A DNA stretch of 64,000 nucleotides from an uncultured delta proteobacterium (GCA_963727485.1 CAVSGM010000003.1:288001-352000), one strand, 5' to 3'; numbered from the stretch's first letter, positions 29,255 through 39,651 are shown. Made by a program: numbers and translations. The notes: generated by a model from the letters alone, not told the origin.

Positions 29255-30772
29255 CTACTCCGCCCGCGCCTGGGTCCTCGGGAGGGTGTCCAGGGTCGCC
29301 CGGGCGAAGAGGTACTCGGTGGTCCGCCGCGGGGTCTCCAGGAGGGTCTTCTGGGCGGCCTGGGCCGCCTTCCCGTTCCCCGCCTTCCGCAGGGCGATCA
29401 CCTGCCGGGCGTGGCAGAAGCTGAACTCCGGGAGGCACCGGGCGAAGTAGGCGGCGGCGCCCTGGTACTCGCTGCCGGCGAAGCGGGCCTCGCCGCGGAC
29501 GAAGTTGCTCCAGGAGGCGATCTGCGGGTCGTGGGGCGCCTGGTCGGTGAGGGCGTCGATCTCGGCGATGGTGTGGGAGGCGTCCCCGGCGTGGCGGAGG
29601 TTCGCCTGGGCGTGGGCCATCACCGCGTAGCCGAACGCCCGCAGGCGCATCCGCTCGCCCTTGGGCAGGTGGAGGACGTTGCCGGCCCGGAGGGTGGCGC
29701 GCACGGTGGTCACCGCCTTGGTGGGCGCGCCCATGGCGCTCTCAATCGCCGCCCGATCGAGGCCGGCGACCAGCTCGTGCATCGCCAGGCCCTCCCGGCG
29801 GGCGGTGATCTCCACCTGCCCGAGGAGGTGGGTGGCGGCGACATACTTGCCCTCGGCGGCGTAGACCCAGGCGAGGAAGTCGTCGATCTCCATCCGGTCG
29901 GCGTTGCGGGTGGCGGCGGTGCGGGCGCGGGCCAGGGTCTCCCGGGCGCCGGAGAAGTTGCCCCGGAGGGCCTGGGTCTGGGCGATCCCGGTCCAGGCCA
30001 GGTGGAAGCCCGGGTCGAGGGCCACCGCCTGGCGGAACGCCTGCTCGGCCTGCTCGAGGTCCCCGCTGGCCAGCAGGGCCTCACCCAGGGAGTCCTGGGG
30101 GTTCGGCTCACCGGGGGCGAGCTCGGCGTAGCGCCGGAAGGCGGCGAGGGCGCCGGCCTTGTCGCCCTGGGTGAGGTCCACGTACCCCAGGAGGTTCTGG
30201 AGGCTGCCGACCTTCGGGGCCAGGCGGGCGGCGGCCTCGAAGGCCACCTTGGCGGTGGGGAGGTCGCGCTGCCGCATCGCCGTCTCGCCGACCAGCCAGT
30301 GGGCCCGCCAGGCCCGGGGCGCGAGCCCGGCGAGGTGGGCGGCGAGCGCGTGCGCCTCCTTGAGATCGCCACGCTGCTCGGCGGCGAAGACCTCGACCAC
30401 CAGGCGCTCGGAGGCGGGCAGGGCCGCGGCGGCGCCGAGGGCCTGGTACATGAGGGTGGCGCCCTTGGGGCCCGGCGTCAGCCGCGCCAGGTACGCCTTG
30501 GCCAGGGCGAAGCCCGGATCGGTGGCGACGGCGCGCTCCAGGTGGGTCACCGCCTCGGTGTTGCGCAGGTCCTCCACCAGGGCCCGGCCGGTGAGGAACT
30601 CGGCGCGGGCGGTGGCGGACGCGGTGGTCACGGGGAGCTCGGCGACGTCGGCCGCCGGGGCCACCTGGGCCTCGGAGGGCGGCGCGGCGGCCTCGGGGTC
30701 CTGGGCGACGACGGCGCCCCCGGCGAGCAGGGCCGCGGCGGCGGCGCCGAGGAAGAACGGGGTGGCCTTCAT
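29255..30772 (-). CDS. Exported TPR-repeat protein
   Basis: Signal peptide, GGAGG SD, TPR motifs (AVATDPGFALAKAYLA; NPQDSLGEALL; AVALDPGF). Confidence 0.85.
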   Translation of the reverse strand: MKATPFFLGAAAAALLAGGAVVAQDPEAAAPPSEAQVAPAADVAELPVTTASATARAEFLTGRALVEDLRNTEAVTHLERAVATDPGFALAKAYLARLTPGPKGATLMYQALGAAAALPASERLVVEVFAAEQRGDLKEAHALAAHLAGLAPRAWRAHWLVGETAMRQRDLPTAKVAFEAAARLAPKVGSLQNLLGYVDLTQGDKAGALAAFRRYAELAPGEPNPQDSLGEALLASGDLEQAEQAFRQAVALDPGFHLAWTGIAQTQALRGNFSGARETLARARTAATRNADRMEIDDFLAWVYAAEGKYVAATHLLGQVEITARREGLAMHELVAGLDRAAIESAMGAPTKAVTTVRATLRAGNVLHLPKGERMRLRAFGYAVMAHAQANLRHAGDASHTIAEIDALTDQAPHDPQIASWSNFVRGEARFAGSEYQGAAAYFARCLPEFSFCHARQVIALRKAGNGKAAQAAQKTLLETPRRTTEYLFARATLDTLPRTQARAE

Positions 30773-30961
30773 GGAATCCTCCTTGCCAGGGCGCGCGTGC
30801 GGCGGTCCCGGCGCGGGGGAAGCTAGGTCGGGCCCCGGAGCCCTGGTAGGCGGTCGATGCCGCAGGGGAGCCGGCCCCCCCGGGGCCGATGCCCTCGACG
30901 AGGCGCCAGCGGGAGAAATATTTACTTGATTACTAAACTAAACATCCAGACCGGTCCCCGC

Positions 30962-30990
30962 TTGACGACCTCATGGGCGCGCCCCATACT
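30962..30990 (+). promoter_or_regulatory. sigma70-type promoter of the moeB-like gene
   Basis: TTGACG-N17-CATACT, followed by AAGGAG SD before ATG 31012. Confidence 0.6.
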
Positions 30991-31011
30991 CCAGCGCACA
31001 AGGAGCGCATC

Positions 31012-32178
31012 ATGCCGACGACCGCAAATGATTTGATTGAACAAGTCAAGAAAAGCATCCAGGAGGTCGGGGTGGACGAGGTGGCCCGCCGCCTCGACGC
31101 CGGCGACGACCTGGTGGTCCTCGACATCCGAGAGCCCGACGAGGTCGCCCAGGGGCAGATCGCGGGGGCCCGGGCCGTGCCCCGGGGCTTCCTGGAGATG
31201 AAGGTGGAGAACCTGGTCCCGGACCGGGATCGCGAGGTGGTCCTCTACTGCGCCGGCGGCGTCCGGTCGGTGCTCGCCGCGAGGAGCCTCCAGGAGCTCG
31301 GCTACGGCAAGGTCAGCTCCATGGCCGGGGGCTTCGTCGCCTGGAAGCAGGCGGGGCTGCCCATCCACCGGGAGCGCGAGCTCACCGCGGACCAGCGGAT
31401 GCGCTACGCCCGCCACCTCTCCATGCCCGAGGTCGACGAGCACGGGCAGAAGAAGCTCCTCGACGCCAAGGTCCTGTGCATCGGCGCCGGGGGCCTGGGG
31501 TCGCCGGCGGCCCTCTACCTCGCCGCGGCGGGGGTGGGCACCATCGGCATCGTCGACGACGACGTGGTCGACGAGTCGAACCTCCAGCGGCAGATCCTCC
31601 ACAACACCGACCGCCTCGGCCTCCCCAAGGTCGACTCGGCGGAGCAGACCCTCACCGCGCTCAACCCCGACGTGACCGTCCGCAAGCACCAGACCCGGAT
31701 CACCTCCGGGAACGTCATGGAGATCTTCCGGGACTACGACCTCATCGTCGACGGGTCCGACAACTTCCCCACCCGCTACCTGGTCAACGACGCCTCGGTG
31801 TTCCTGGGCAAGCCGGTGGTCCACGGATCCATCTTCCGCTTCGAGGGCCAGTGCACCACCTTCTCCCCCGGGGAGGGGCCCTGCTACCGCTGCCTCTACC
31901 CCGAGCCGCCCCCGCCGGGGCTGGCGCCCTCCTGCGCCGAGGCCGGGGTCCTGGGGGTCCTCCCGGGGCTGGTGGGGAGCATGGAGGCCCTCGAGGCCAT
32001 CAAGCTCATCCTCGGCATCGGCGAGAACCTGGTGGGCAAGCTCTGGGCCATCGACACCCTCTCCAACAGCTACCGGATCCTCAAGCTGCGCCGGGACCCC
32101 GAGTGCCCGGTCTGCGGCGAGACCCCCACGGTCACCGAGCTCATCGACTACGAGGCCTTCTGCGCCATCGCCGCCTGA
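31012..32178 (+). CDS. moeB: Rhodanese-MoeB/ThiF fusion (sulfur-carrier adenylyltransferase/sulfurtransferase)
   Basis: N-terminal rhodanese (LYCAGGVRS), RYARHL, IGAGGLGSP, VDESNLQRQ, DGSDNFPTRY, PCYRC, CAEAGVLG, CPVC. Confidence 0.93.
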   Translation: MPTTANDLIEQVKKSIQEVGVDEVARRLDAGDDLVVLDIREPDEVAQGQIAGARAVPRGFLEMKVENLVPDRDREVVLYCAGGVRSVLAARSLQELGYGKVSSMAGGFVAWKQAGLPIHRERELTADQRMRYARHLSMPEVDEHGQKKLLDAKVLCIGAGGLGSPAALYLAAAGVGTIGIVDDDVVDESNLQRQILHNTDRLGLPKVDSAEQTLTALNPDVTVRKHQTRITSGNVMEIFRDYDLIVDGSDNFPTRYLVNDASVFLGKPVVHGSIFRFEGQCTTFSPGEGPCYRCLYPEPPPPGLAPSCAEAGVLGVLPGLVGSMEALEAIKLILGIGENLVGKLWAIDTLSNSYRILKLRRDPECPVCGETPTVTELIDYEAFCAIAA

Positions 32179-32285
32179 CCGGCCCGGTCCGCGCCCCGGG
32201 CGCCCGACCCGGCGCCCTGAGCATGGATTCCACCCCGGGCCGCTGGTAGGCTCTCCTTTTCCCAGAGGAAGGTGAGCCGGAGGCC

Positions 32286-35216
32286 ATGGTGGCAGGGGCA
32301 CAGGGGCGGGCGCGACTCGGAGCGCCCCCGGGACGCGAGGACGATCTGCGCGACGTCCTCGTGCTCCTCGACTATCAGCGCGTGGTCGCCGTCACCGGCG
32401 GCTGCGGCATCGGCCGGACCACCTTCCTCCGGGCCGTCGCCGACCGCTACCGGGTCAAGCTCGTCGAGGGCGTCGCGCCCAAGACCGTGGCCCGGGGCGA
32501 CCTGGTCGTCCTCGACGACGCCGACGCCCTCTCCGACAAGGCCCTCAAGGGCCTGGTGCGCCGGGTCCTCAAGGCCGACGGGCGCATCCTCATCGGCGCC
32601 CGCACCGCGGTCGAGGTCCCGCCCCCGGCCGTGGTCCACCGCCTCGCCGGGCTCTCGGGCGAGGCCGGGGCGACCATCCTCGGCAGCCAGGTCAGCGGGC
32701 GCCGGGCGCTGGTCCAGGACATCGCCGACAGCGTCCGCGGCCACCCGGGCCTCCTCGCGCTGGCCGCCGGGATCCTCGGCGGCAAGGGTGGGCCCCGGGA
32801 TCTCGCCCGGGTCCGCGCCGCCCTGGCCAAGGCCGCCTACGACCGGTGGGTGGCGCCCCTGCCCGAGCCCCTGCGCGCCGCCGCGGGCCTCCTCGCCGCC
32901 GCCGGGGGCTGGCTCCCGGCCACCCTGGAGATCCTCGCCCTCTCCGAGCACGCCCCGGCGCTGGCCCGGGAGGGCCTCGCCGAGCTGGTGGACGGCGGGG
33001 TGGAGGCCTCGCCCATCCTCCTGGTCGCCGGCGTCGACATTCCCGGCGACGAGGTCCTCCTCGAGACCCTCGGCGGCCTCGCCGAGCTCCGGCCCCTCGC
33101 CCGGGCGTCCATCCGCCTCGCCGAGGCCCACCTCCTCCATCGCCTCGGGGACGACGGCCCGGCCCTCGGGGCGCTCCGCGACGCCCACCGGGCCGCCCGC
33201 GGGGCCCTGCGCTCCGAGGCCTTCTCCCGGGGCCTCGCCGGGCTGGCCGAGGGCGAGCCCTCGCCGCTGACCGCCTGCGCCCGCCTCTCGGGGCTCATCC
33301 ACGGCGGCGGGCCCGCGGGCCTCCCCGAGGATCGGGCCACCGCCGTCGAGGCCCTCCTCGACGAGGGGCACCTCGAGGACCCGGAGGTCTGCGAGGCGAG
33401 GACCTACCTCGCCTACCTCGACCTCGAGGCCGAGGGCCCGGACACCGCGCTGGCGGGCCTGGTCCGCGCCGCCGAGCTCGCCGCCTCCGCCGGGGACCTC
33501 TACGCCGAGGCCCAGGCTCTCATCTGGCAGGGGTGGGTCCACGTCCTCAACGACGCGCCCCAGCTCGCCGCCCAGGTCACCGAGCGCGCCGCCCGCCTCG
33601 CCCGGAAGGCCGACGCCCCGGTGCTCCAGTCCCGGGCCCTCTACTGCCTGTCCCGGGCCGACCTCGCCGAGGAGGCCTACGACACCGCCGGCCGGCGCCT
33701 CCAGCAGGCCCTGCGCCTGACCCGGCGCCACCGCCTCGACGAGGACCAGACGGTCATCCTCGACGCCCTCGCCGACCTCGCCGGCCGCCAGGGTCGCCCC
33801 TCCGAGGCCGCCGAGCACCTCGCCGCCGCCGACGCCATCCTCGCCCGGGCCGGGAGCCTCCCGCGCAAGGGGGCCCTCTCGGTCACCCGGGCCCAGGTGG
33901 CCCTGCGCCGGGGCCACGTCGCCGAGGCCCGGCGGATCCTCGCCCGGGCCGAGGTGCAGGTGGTGGGCGAGGCCTGGCGCCGGGACCTCCTCGCCGCCGA
34001 GGTGGCGCTGGCCGCCGGGGCCCACGGCGAGGCCCGCGAGGCCCTGATCACCGCCGCCCGCCACCCCGCCTCTGCCCGCTCCTGGCTCTGGCGCCGGGCC
34101 GGGGTCGCCACCGGGCTCCTCCGGGAGGGCATCGATCCCGGCATCGATCTCGCCGAGCTCGAGGCCGACCCGGTCGCGGCCATGCTCCTGGCCCGGGGCC
34201 GGGGCGACGTCACCGCCGCCGGGGCCCGCCTCGCCGACCTCGAGGCCGAGGCCGACGACCTCCCCGGCGCCGAGGGGCTCCTGCTCCGGGAGGCGGTGGC
34301 GGTGCGCCTCCTCGAGGGGCGGGTCGCCGAGGCCGCCGAGGCCGGGCGCCGTCTGCGCGATCGCCTCGCCGAGATGGCGGCGCCCACGGCCACCATGCTC
34401 CTCCTCGAGGCCCTCGAGGTGCTCCTCCGGGGAGACATCGGCCGCGCCACCCGGCGCGCCGTCGCCGCCCACCGCTCGGCGGTGGCCCTGGGCCACGAGC
34501 GCATGGCCCAGCTCGCCCTCGAGCTGCTGGTGGTCTGCCACCTCGCCGGGGATCGGCCCCGGGGGCTCCGGTGGATCCTCGCCCGGACCGGGCGCTACGC
34601 GAGGCGCACCAAGAGCCCCGGGCGCAGCGCCCGCCTCGCCGCCCTCCAGCTCGCCGCCGCCGCCCGCTTCCCCGACGCCGGCCTCGAGGCCCCGGGCGAC
34701 GCCCGGGCGCGCGCCGCCGCCGATCCCCTCGCCGCCGCCCTGGTGGCCACCCTCGACGGCGGCCCCGCCACCGGGCCGCTCTCGCACCTCGCCGGGTGGC
34801 TCCGGGGCCTGGTCCTCGAGGGCACCGCGGTCCCCCCCGGGGGGCCCGCCCCCGGGGCCGAGGTCGCCGTGGAGCTCACCCTCGACGGCGCCCGCAAGGA
34901 GGTGGTCCTCGCCGGCGGCAAGCGGGTGGCCTTCGCCCGGCGCCGGGTGCTCTGGCGCCTCCTCTGGTTCCTCCACGAGGCCGAGGGGGGCACCATCGAG
35001 CCCGAGACCCTCTACGTCGCCGCCTGGGAGCTGCCCTTCAACCCCAGCCGCCTCAACTCCCTCTACGTGGGGGTCCGGCGCCTGCGCCTCCTGGTCGAGC
35101 CGGACCCCAGCGCCCCCCGGATCATCATGGCGGGGCAGGGCGGCGGCTACTACATGGACGTGCGCCGGGTGAACGCCTTCGGGACCTCGCCCTTCGAAGA
35201 GGACGAGGCCGACTAG
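32286..35216 (+). CDS. Large STAND-like regulator: N-terminal P-loop, TPR-like region, C-terminal winged helix
   Basis: VVAVTGGCGIGRTT (Walker A variant), LVVLDDAD (Walker B), GHPGLL (GxP), helical repeats, C-terminal LYVAAWE...NSLYVGVRRLRLLVEPDPSAPRII...GGGYY (OmpR-type wHTH). Confidence 0.75.
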   Translation: MVAGAQGRARLGAPPGREDDLRDVLVLLDYQRVVAVTGGCGIGRTTFLRAVADRYRVKLVEGVAPKTVARGDLVVLDDADALSDKALKGLVRRVLKADGRILIGARTAVEVPPPAVVHRLAGLSGEAGATILGSQVSGRRALVQDIADSVRGHPGLLALAAGILGGKGGPRDLARVRAALAKAAYDRWVAPLPEPLRAAAGLLAAAGGWLPATLEILALSEHAPALAREGLAELVDGGVEASPILLVAGVDIPGDEVLLETLGGLAELRPLARASIRLAEAHLLHRLGDDGPALGALRDAHRAARGALRSEAFSRGLAGLAEGEPSPLTACARLSGLIHGGGPAGLPEDRATAVEALLDEGHLEDPEVCEARTYLAYLDLEAEGPDTALAGLVRAAELAASAGDLYAEAQALIWQGWVHVLNDAPQLAAQVTERAARLARKADAPVLQSRALYCLSRADLAEEAYDTAGRRLQQALRLTRRHRLDEDQTVILDALADLAGRQGRPSEAAEHLAAADAILARAGSLPRKGALSVTRAQVALRRGHVAEARRILARAEVQVVGEAWRRDLLAAEVALAAGAHGEAREALITAARHPASARSWLWRRAGVATGLLREGIDPGIDLAELEADPVAAMLLARGRGDVTAAGARLADLEAEADDLPGAEGLLLREAVAVRLLEGRVAEAAEAGRRLRDRLAEMAAPTATMLLLEALEVLLRGDIGRATRRAVAAHRSAVALGHERMAQLALELLVVCHLAGDRPRGLRWILARTGRYARRTKSPGRSARLAALQLAAAARFPDAGLEAPGDARARAAADPLAAALVATLDGGPATGPLSHLAGWLRGLVLEGTAVPPGGPAPGAEVAVELTLDGARKEVVLAGGKRVAFARRRVLWRLLWFLHEAEGGTIEPETLYVAAWELPFNPSRLNSLYVGVRRLRLLVEPDPSAPRIIMAGQGGGYYMDVRRVNAFGTSPFEEDEAD

Positions 35217-35246
35217 CGCCGGGTGACGCCCGAGGTCCCGCGCCGG

Positions 35247-36851
35247 CTACCGGCCGCAGACCAGGGGCAGGATCACCAGGCCCACCAGGATCACCGCGAT
35301 GGCGGTGATCGCCAGCGGCAGGGGCTGCCGCCAGACGGGGGGCCTGGGCGTCGCCCGGGGGCCCGTGGCCGGGGCGCGCGGGGCGCGCGGGGCGGTGGGG
35401 GGGACGGGCCGGGGGGCGGCGGTCGCCGGGTCCACGGCGGTCGACTCCTCGGGGATGATCGGGAGGCGCTGGCTGGGCCCGGTCTCCACCCCCGAGAGGC
35501 TGGTCTCGTCGAAGAGGACCGCCGGCGGGGGCTCGGGGGCGAGGCGCCGGTCCACGCCGGCGGGGGGGCCTGCGGGGGCGGCGGGCTCCGGGCCCACGTC
35601 GGTGTCGGCCGCGTCGAGGGCGTCGGGGGCGTGGCGGAGGAAGCCGGCGTCCGGCGCGGGGCGGGACGGGGCGGCGGGGCGGGACGGGGCGGCGGGGCGT
35701 CGCCCGGTCCCGGCGGGGGCGGTCTCGGTCTCGGTGGCGGTGCCGGTGGGGGTCACCGTGGCAGTCGCCTCGTCGGAGGCCTCCGGGGCCGGGGCGGCGA
35801 GGCGGGCGTCGGCCTCGGCGGCCTCGGCGGCGGCCCGGGACACGGTGGACAGCCAGCTGGCGGTGTGGGCCGCCGAGAGGTCGAGGGGGTCCTGGGCCAG
35901 GCGCTCGGCGGCGACGGCGCCCTGGGGGAAGAGCTCGGCCATGAGGGCGGCGAGGCGCCGCTCCGAGGGGAACCAGCCGGCCCCGCGCATCGCCGCCTCG
36001 AGGCCGTCGACCAGGGCGTCGGCGCTCTGGGGCCGGCCCTCGGGCTCCCGGGAGAGGGCCTGGAGCACGAGCACGGAGAGGGCCTCGGGCACCGCCGGCT
36101 GCAGGAGGTGGGGCGGCGCCGGGGTCTCCCGGAGGAGCCGGGCGTAGGTCGAGGCGTCGGCGGAGCGGACCCCGAAGGGGTGGCGGCCGCAGGCGAGGCG
36201 GTAGAGGAGCACCCCGAGGGCGAAGACGTCGGTGCGGGCGTCGACCTCCCGGGCGAGGAGCTGCTCCGGGGCCATGTAGGCGGGCTTGCCCTTGACCAGC
36301 CCCGGCTCGGTGACCTGGGCGCGCATGGCGCCCCGGGCGATCCCGAAGTCGACGAGCTTCACGGTGCCGGCGAAGGTGACGATGACGTTCTCCGGGGAGA
36401 CGTCCCGGTGGACGATGCCCAGGCTCCGGCCCGACTGGTCCCGGCGGCCGTGGGCGTGGGCGAGGCCCGCGGCGACCCGGGTGACCACCTGGGTGGCGAG
36501 GTCCACCGGCAGCGGCCCCCGGGCCCCCTCGTGTCGCCGGAGCACGAAGGCGAGGTCCCGGCCGGGGACGTAGTCGAGGGCGAGGTAGGGCCGGCCGCCG
36601 ACCTCGCCCACGTCCACCACGTGGTCGAGGTTCGGGTGGTAGAGGCCCGCGAGGATCCGCCCCTCGTCGAGGAACATCTCCACGAAGTCCGGGTCGTCGA
36701 GGAGCTGGGGGCGGATGAGCTTGAGGGCCACCAGCCTCGGCATCCCCGGGACGGTCTCGTGGCTGGCGAGGAAGACCTCGGCCATGCCCCCGCGCCCCAG
36801 GCGCGCCCGGAGGCGATAGGGCCCGAAGTCCCGGGGGAGGTCGAAGGTCAC
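35247..36851 (-). CDS. Ser/Thr protein kinase with C-terminal TM helix
   Basis: FGPYRL..RLGRGGMAEV, VALK, HRDVSPENV, DFG, KGKPAYMAPEQ, DVFALG; GTG start overlaps the upstream kinase stop (GTGA). Confidence 0.88.
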   Translation of the reverse strand: MTFDLPRDFGPYRLRARLGRGGMAEVFLASHETVPGMPRLVALKLIRPQLLDDPDFVEMFLDEGRILAGLYHPNLDHVVDVGEVGGRPYLALDYVPGRDLAFVLRRHEGARGPLPVDLATQVVTRVAAGLAHAHGRRDQSGRSLGIVHRDVSPENVIVTFAGTVKLVDFGIARGAMRAQVTEPGLVKGKPAYMAPEQLLAREVDARTDVFALGVLLYRLACGRHPFGVRSADASTYARLLRETPAPPHLLQPAVPEALSVLVLQALSREPEGRPQSADALVDGLEAAMRGAGWFPSERRLAALMAELFPQGAVAAERLAQDPLDLSAAHTASWLSTVSRAAAEAAEADARLAAPAPEASDEATATVTPTGTATETETAPAGTGRRPAAPSRPAAPSRPAPDAGFLRHAPDALDAADTDVGPEPAAPAGPPAGVDRRLAPEPPPAVLFDETSLSGVETGPSQRLPIIPEESTAVDPATAAPRPVPPTAPRAPRAPATGPRATPRPPVWRQPLPLAITAIAVILVGLVILPLVCGR

Positions 36852-38468
36852 AGGCAGCCCCGGAGGGTGAACAGGAGGAAGAGGCCGGCGCCCGCCAGGA
36901 CCCCGGTGTAGATGGCCAGGGCCACCGGGCTGGTCAGCCGGGCCACCGCGGCGTTGGCGCGGTAGACGCGGGAGGCGGGCTCGGTGCGGGTGCCCTCGGT
37001 GCGCTCGGAGGCGTCGGGGGCCGGCGGGGCCGGGGCGCTCCCGGGGTCCCGGGCGGCGGCGCGGACGTCGAGGATCCGGTGGGCGGGCCGGGGCGCCGGG
37101 CGGTGGGGGTGGGGGCCGGACGGCCGAGGCCTCCTCGGTGCGCGGCTCATCCAGAGGGTCGGGGGGCCGGGGTGCGGGGACGTCGACGCGGGCCGGGGCC
37201 ACCACGGTCTCGGGCTCGTCGTCGTCGTCCCCATCGGCGCCGGGCGCCGCGGCGATCCGGGCCGGGCCCAGGGCGTCGGCGATCTCGGTGGCGGGCTCGG
37301 GGTCGTCGTCGGGGATCGGGAACCGGGCGGTGCCCCCGGCCTCGGCCACCGCGCCCCCGAGGCGCCGGCGGCCGGGGGTGGTGGCGAGGCGGTCGAGGTC
37401 CGGGAGCTCGGGGCGGGTCGGGGCGCCGTCGTCCTCCCAGTCGCCGACGCCCGGTGCCGGGGCGAGGTAGGAGACGGTGAGGGCGGCGAGGTGGTCCGAG
37501 GGATCCTGGCGCAGGCTCTCCCGGGCGGCGGCCACGTCGGGGAAGCGCGCGAGGAGCCACTCGGCGATCCACCGGGGGGTCACCATGCTCCCCGTGGAGA
37601 CCACCACCTCGTCGAGGGCGTCCTGGAAGGCCCGGGCGCTCGGGACCCGCCGCGCCGGGTTCTTGGCCATGGCCTGGAGGATGAGGCGCGAGAGCCCCGG
37701 CGGCAGGTCGGGGACCAGGGTCGAGGGCGCCGCCGGCGACCGCTCCACCACCCGGCGGAAGGTCTCGTCGGGGGAGCCGGCCAGGAACGGGTGGGTGCCC
37801 GTGACCATCCGGTAGAGGAGCACCCCCAGGCCGAAGAGGTCGGCCCGGGCGTCGACGGACTCCCCGAGGACCTGCTCCGGGGCCATGTAGGGCGGCTTGC
37901 CCTTGAGCATCCCCGACTGGGTGTGGGAGACGCGGCTGGCGGCGGTGGCGATGCCGAAGTCCACGAGCTTCACCGTGCCGTCGAAGGTGAGGATGACGTT
38001 GTCGGGGGTGAGGTCCCGGTGGACGATGTGGAGGGGCTGGCCCGAGGCGTCGGTGCGGTTGTGGGCGTGGTCGAGGGCGGCGCAGAGCTGGCGGCCAATC
38101 TCCACGGTGAGGCTCACCGGCAGCCCGTCGCCGCGCTCGGCGGCGGTGATCACCCGGGCGAGGTCCCGGCCCTGCACGTACTCCATGGCCAGGTACCACT
38201 GGCCGCCGACCTCCCCGGCGTCGAGGATGTGCCCGATGTTCGGGTGGGAGAGCTGGGAGACGATGCGGACCTCGTCGCGGAACATGTCCACGAAGCCCTG
38301 GTCCCGGGTGAGGCTCGGGTGGACCCGCTTGAGGGCCACCAGGCGCTGGATGCCCTCGATGACCTCCTGGCGGGCGAGGAAGACCTCGGCCATGCCCCCT
38401 TGGCCGAGGCGCTCGAGGAGGGTGTAGGGCCCGAAGGTCCGGGGCAGTCCGTCGCTCGCGGCCGGCAC
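36848..38468 (-). CDS. Ser/Thr protein kinase with C-terminal TM helix (frameshift near 37100-37140)
   Basis: GQGGMAEV, VALK, HRDLTPDNV, DFG, YMAPEQ. TM tail VALAIYTGVLAGAGLFLLF-TGA 36848 lies in ORF 36848..37234. Confidence 0.85.
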
Positions 38469-38514
38469 GTACCGGATGCTACCGCATGGGGGAGAGGGGG
38501 GGGCGGCCCGCGCG

Positions 38515-39258
38515 TCAGTCGCCGGCGGGCGCGTCCTCGTCCTCGAGGCCGAGGAAGGTGAGGATGATGGCGTCGGTGTCCTTGAGCAGCCGGGCCATGG
38601 ACGCCCGCGCCGCCTGGGGGTCGTGGGCCGCGACCCCTTCGAGGACGCCCTCCCAGGCCTCCTGGTAGCACTCCGGCGTCACCCAGATGTCGGGGGTGGC
38701 GTCGAGGAGGCCGCGGATGACCTTCTCCAGGCTGTTGAAGAGCCACAGGGCGCTGATGGACTCGGCGGCCTCGGTCACGGCCCGGTAGAGGGCGAGCTCG
38801 GCCTCGGCGAGCGCCGGGACGTCGCCCCGCGCCTGGGCGGCGAAGAGCTGGCGGCCCAGCGCCTGGAGCCGGGCGATCTCCTCGGGGCCGGCGCGGCGGG
38901 CGGCCAGCACCACCGCCTCGAGGGCGGCGAGCGCCCGGATGCGCAAGAGGTCGCCGAGGGCCCGGCCCCGCTCGTCGGTCTGGGCGGCCTTGAGGAACGC
39001 GGGCAGCAGGCCCAGCTCGCCGGTCTGGCGGAAGTCGAGGACCCGGACCCCGTCCCCCTGGCGGGCGCGCACCAGGCCCTGGGACTCCAGGGCCCGCAGC
39101 GCCTCGCGGAGGGTGTTGCGGTTGGTTCCCAGGGACAGGGCCAGCTCGCGCTCCGGGGGCAGCCGCTCGCCGGGCTTCACCTCGCCCCGGAGGATGCGCT
39201 GCTGGAGCTCGGCGATGATGGCGTCCGGGAGGTTCTTGCGGGCGCTCTGGGCGGTCAC
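38515..39258 (-). CDS. FadR/GntR family transcriptional regulator
   Basis: PGERLPPERELA..LGTNRNTLREAL..LE..GLV..RQGDG plus FCD-like C-terminus; GTG 39258 with GGAGG SD (alternative ATG 39270). Confidence 0.92.
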   Translation of the reverse strand: MTAQSARKNLPDAIIAELQQRILRGEVKPGERLPPERELALSLGTNRNTLREALRALESQGLVRARQGDGVRVLDFRQTGELGLLPAFLKAAQTDERGRALGDLLRIRALAALEAVVLAARRAGPEEIARLQALGRQLFAAQARGDVPALAEAELALYRAVTEAAESISALWLFNSLEKVIRGLLDATPDIWVTPECYQEAWEGVLEGVAAHDPQAARASMARLLKDTDAIILTFLGLEDEDAPAGD

Positions 39259-39339
39259 GCTTCCTCCCATATCGGAAAGGGCGGGGAGGGGAAAGCGCCG
39301 CGGGGTGGCGGCGCCGCCGGGCGACGCGGCGGGCGGCCG

Positions 39340-39651
39340 CTAGCCGAGGAGCCGCACGAAGTGCCCGGCGACCTCGTAGCCCCGGCCCTCGGCGTCGCAG
39401 CGCAGGACCTCGAGCTCGGCGCGCAGGGGCTGGGTCACGGTCAGGGGCGGGGTGAGGGTGATGGAGAGGCGCATCCCCGGGGACAGGGCCTCGTCGCAGG
39501 CGAAGCGCAGGCCGCCGCCGGAGAGCCCCCGGGCCCGGCCGGTGAACCGGGCGCCCCCGTCGAGGTCGACGAGGTCCACCGGGTGGTCCAGCGGCAGGCG
39601 GTGGAAGCGGCGGCGGTCGGTCTCGGAGAGGGCGGCGATGGGCAGGGTCAT
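39340..39651 (-). CDS. Single-domain PilZ protein
   Basis: DRRRFHR (RxxxR) and GLSGGG (D/NxSxxG variant); GAGGAGG SD. Confidence 0.8.
   Translation of the reverse strand: MTLPIAALSETDRRRFHRLPLDHPVDLVDLDGGARFTGRARGLSGGGLRFACDEALSPGMRLSITLTPPLTVTQPLRAELEVLRCDAEGRGYEVAGHFVRLLG

Noticed and set aside
31012..32178. ThiF/E1 as part of a CBASS or ubiquitin-like defence system
   Set aside because: Canonical rhodanese-MoeB architecture; no E2, JAB or cyclase nearby.
35247..38468. Single 1073-aa dual-kinase protein
   Set aside because: A TM tail and stop in another frame, with a GTGA overlap at 36848-36851, indicate two genes joined by a frameshift.
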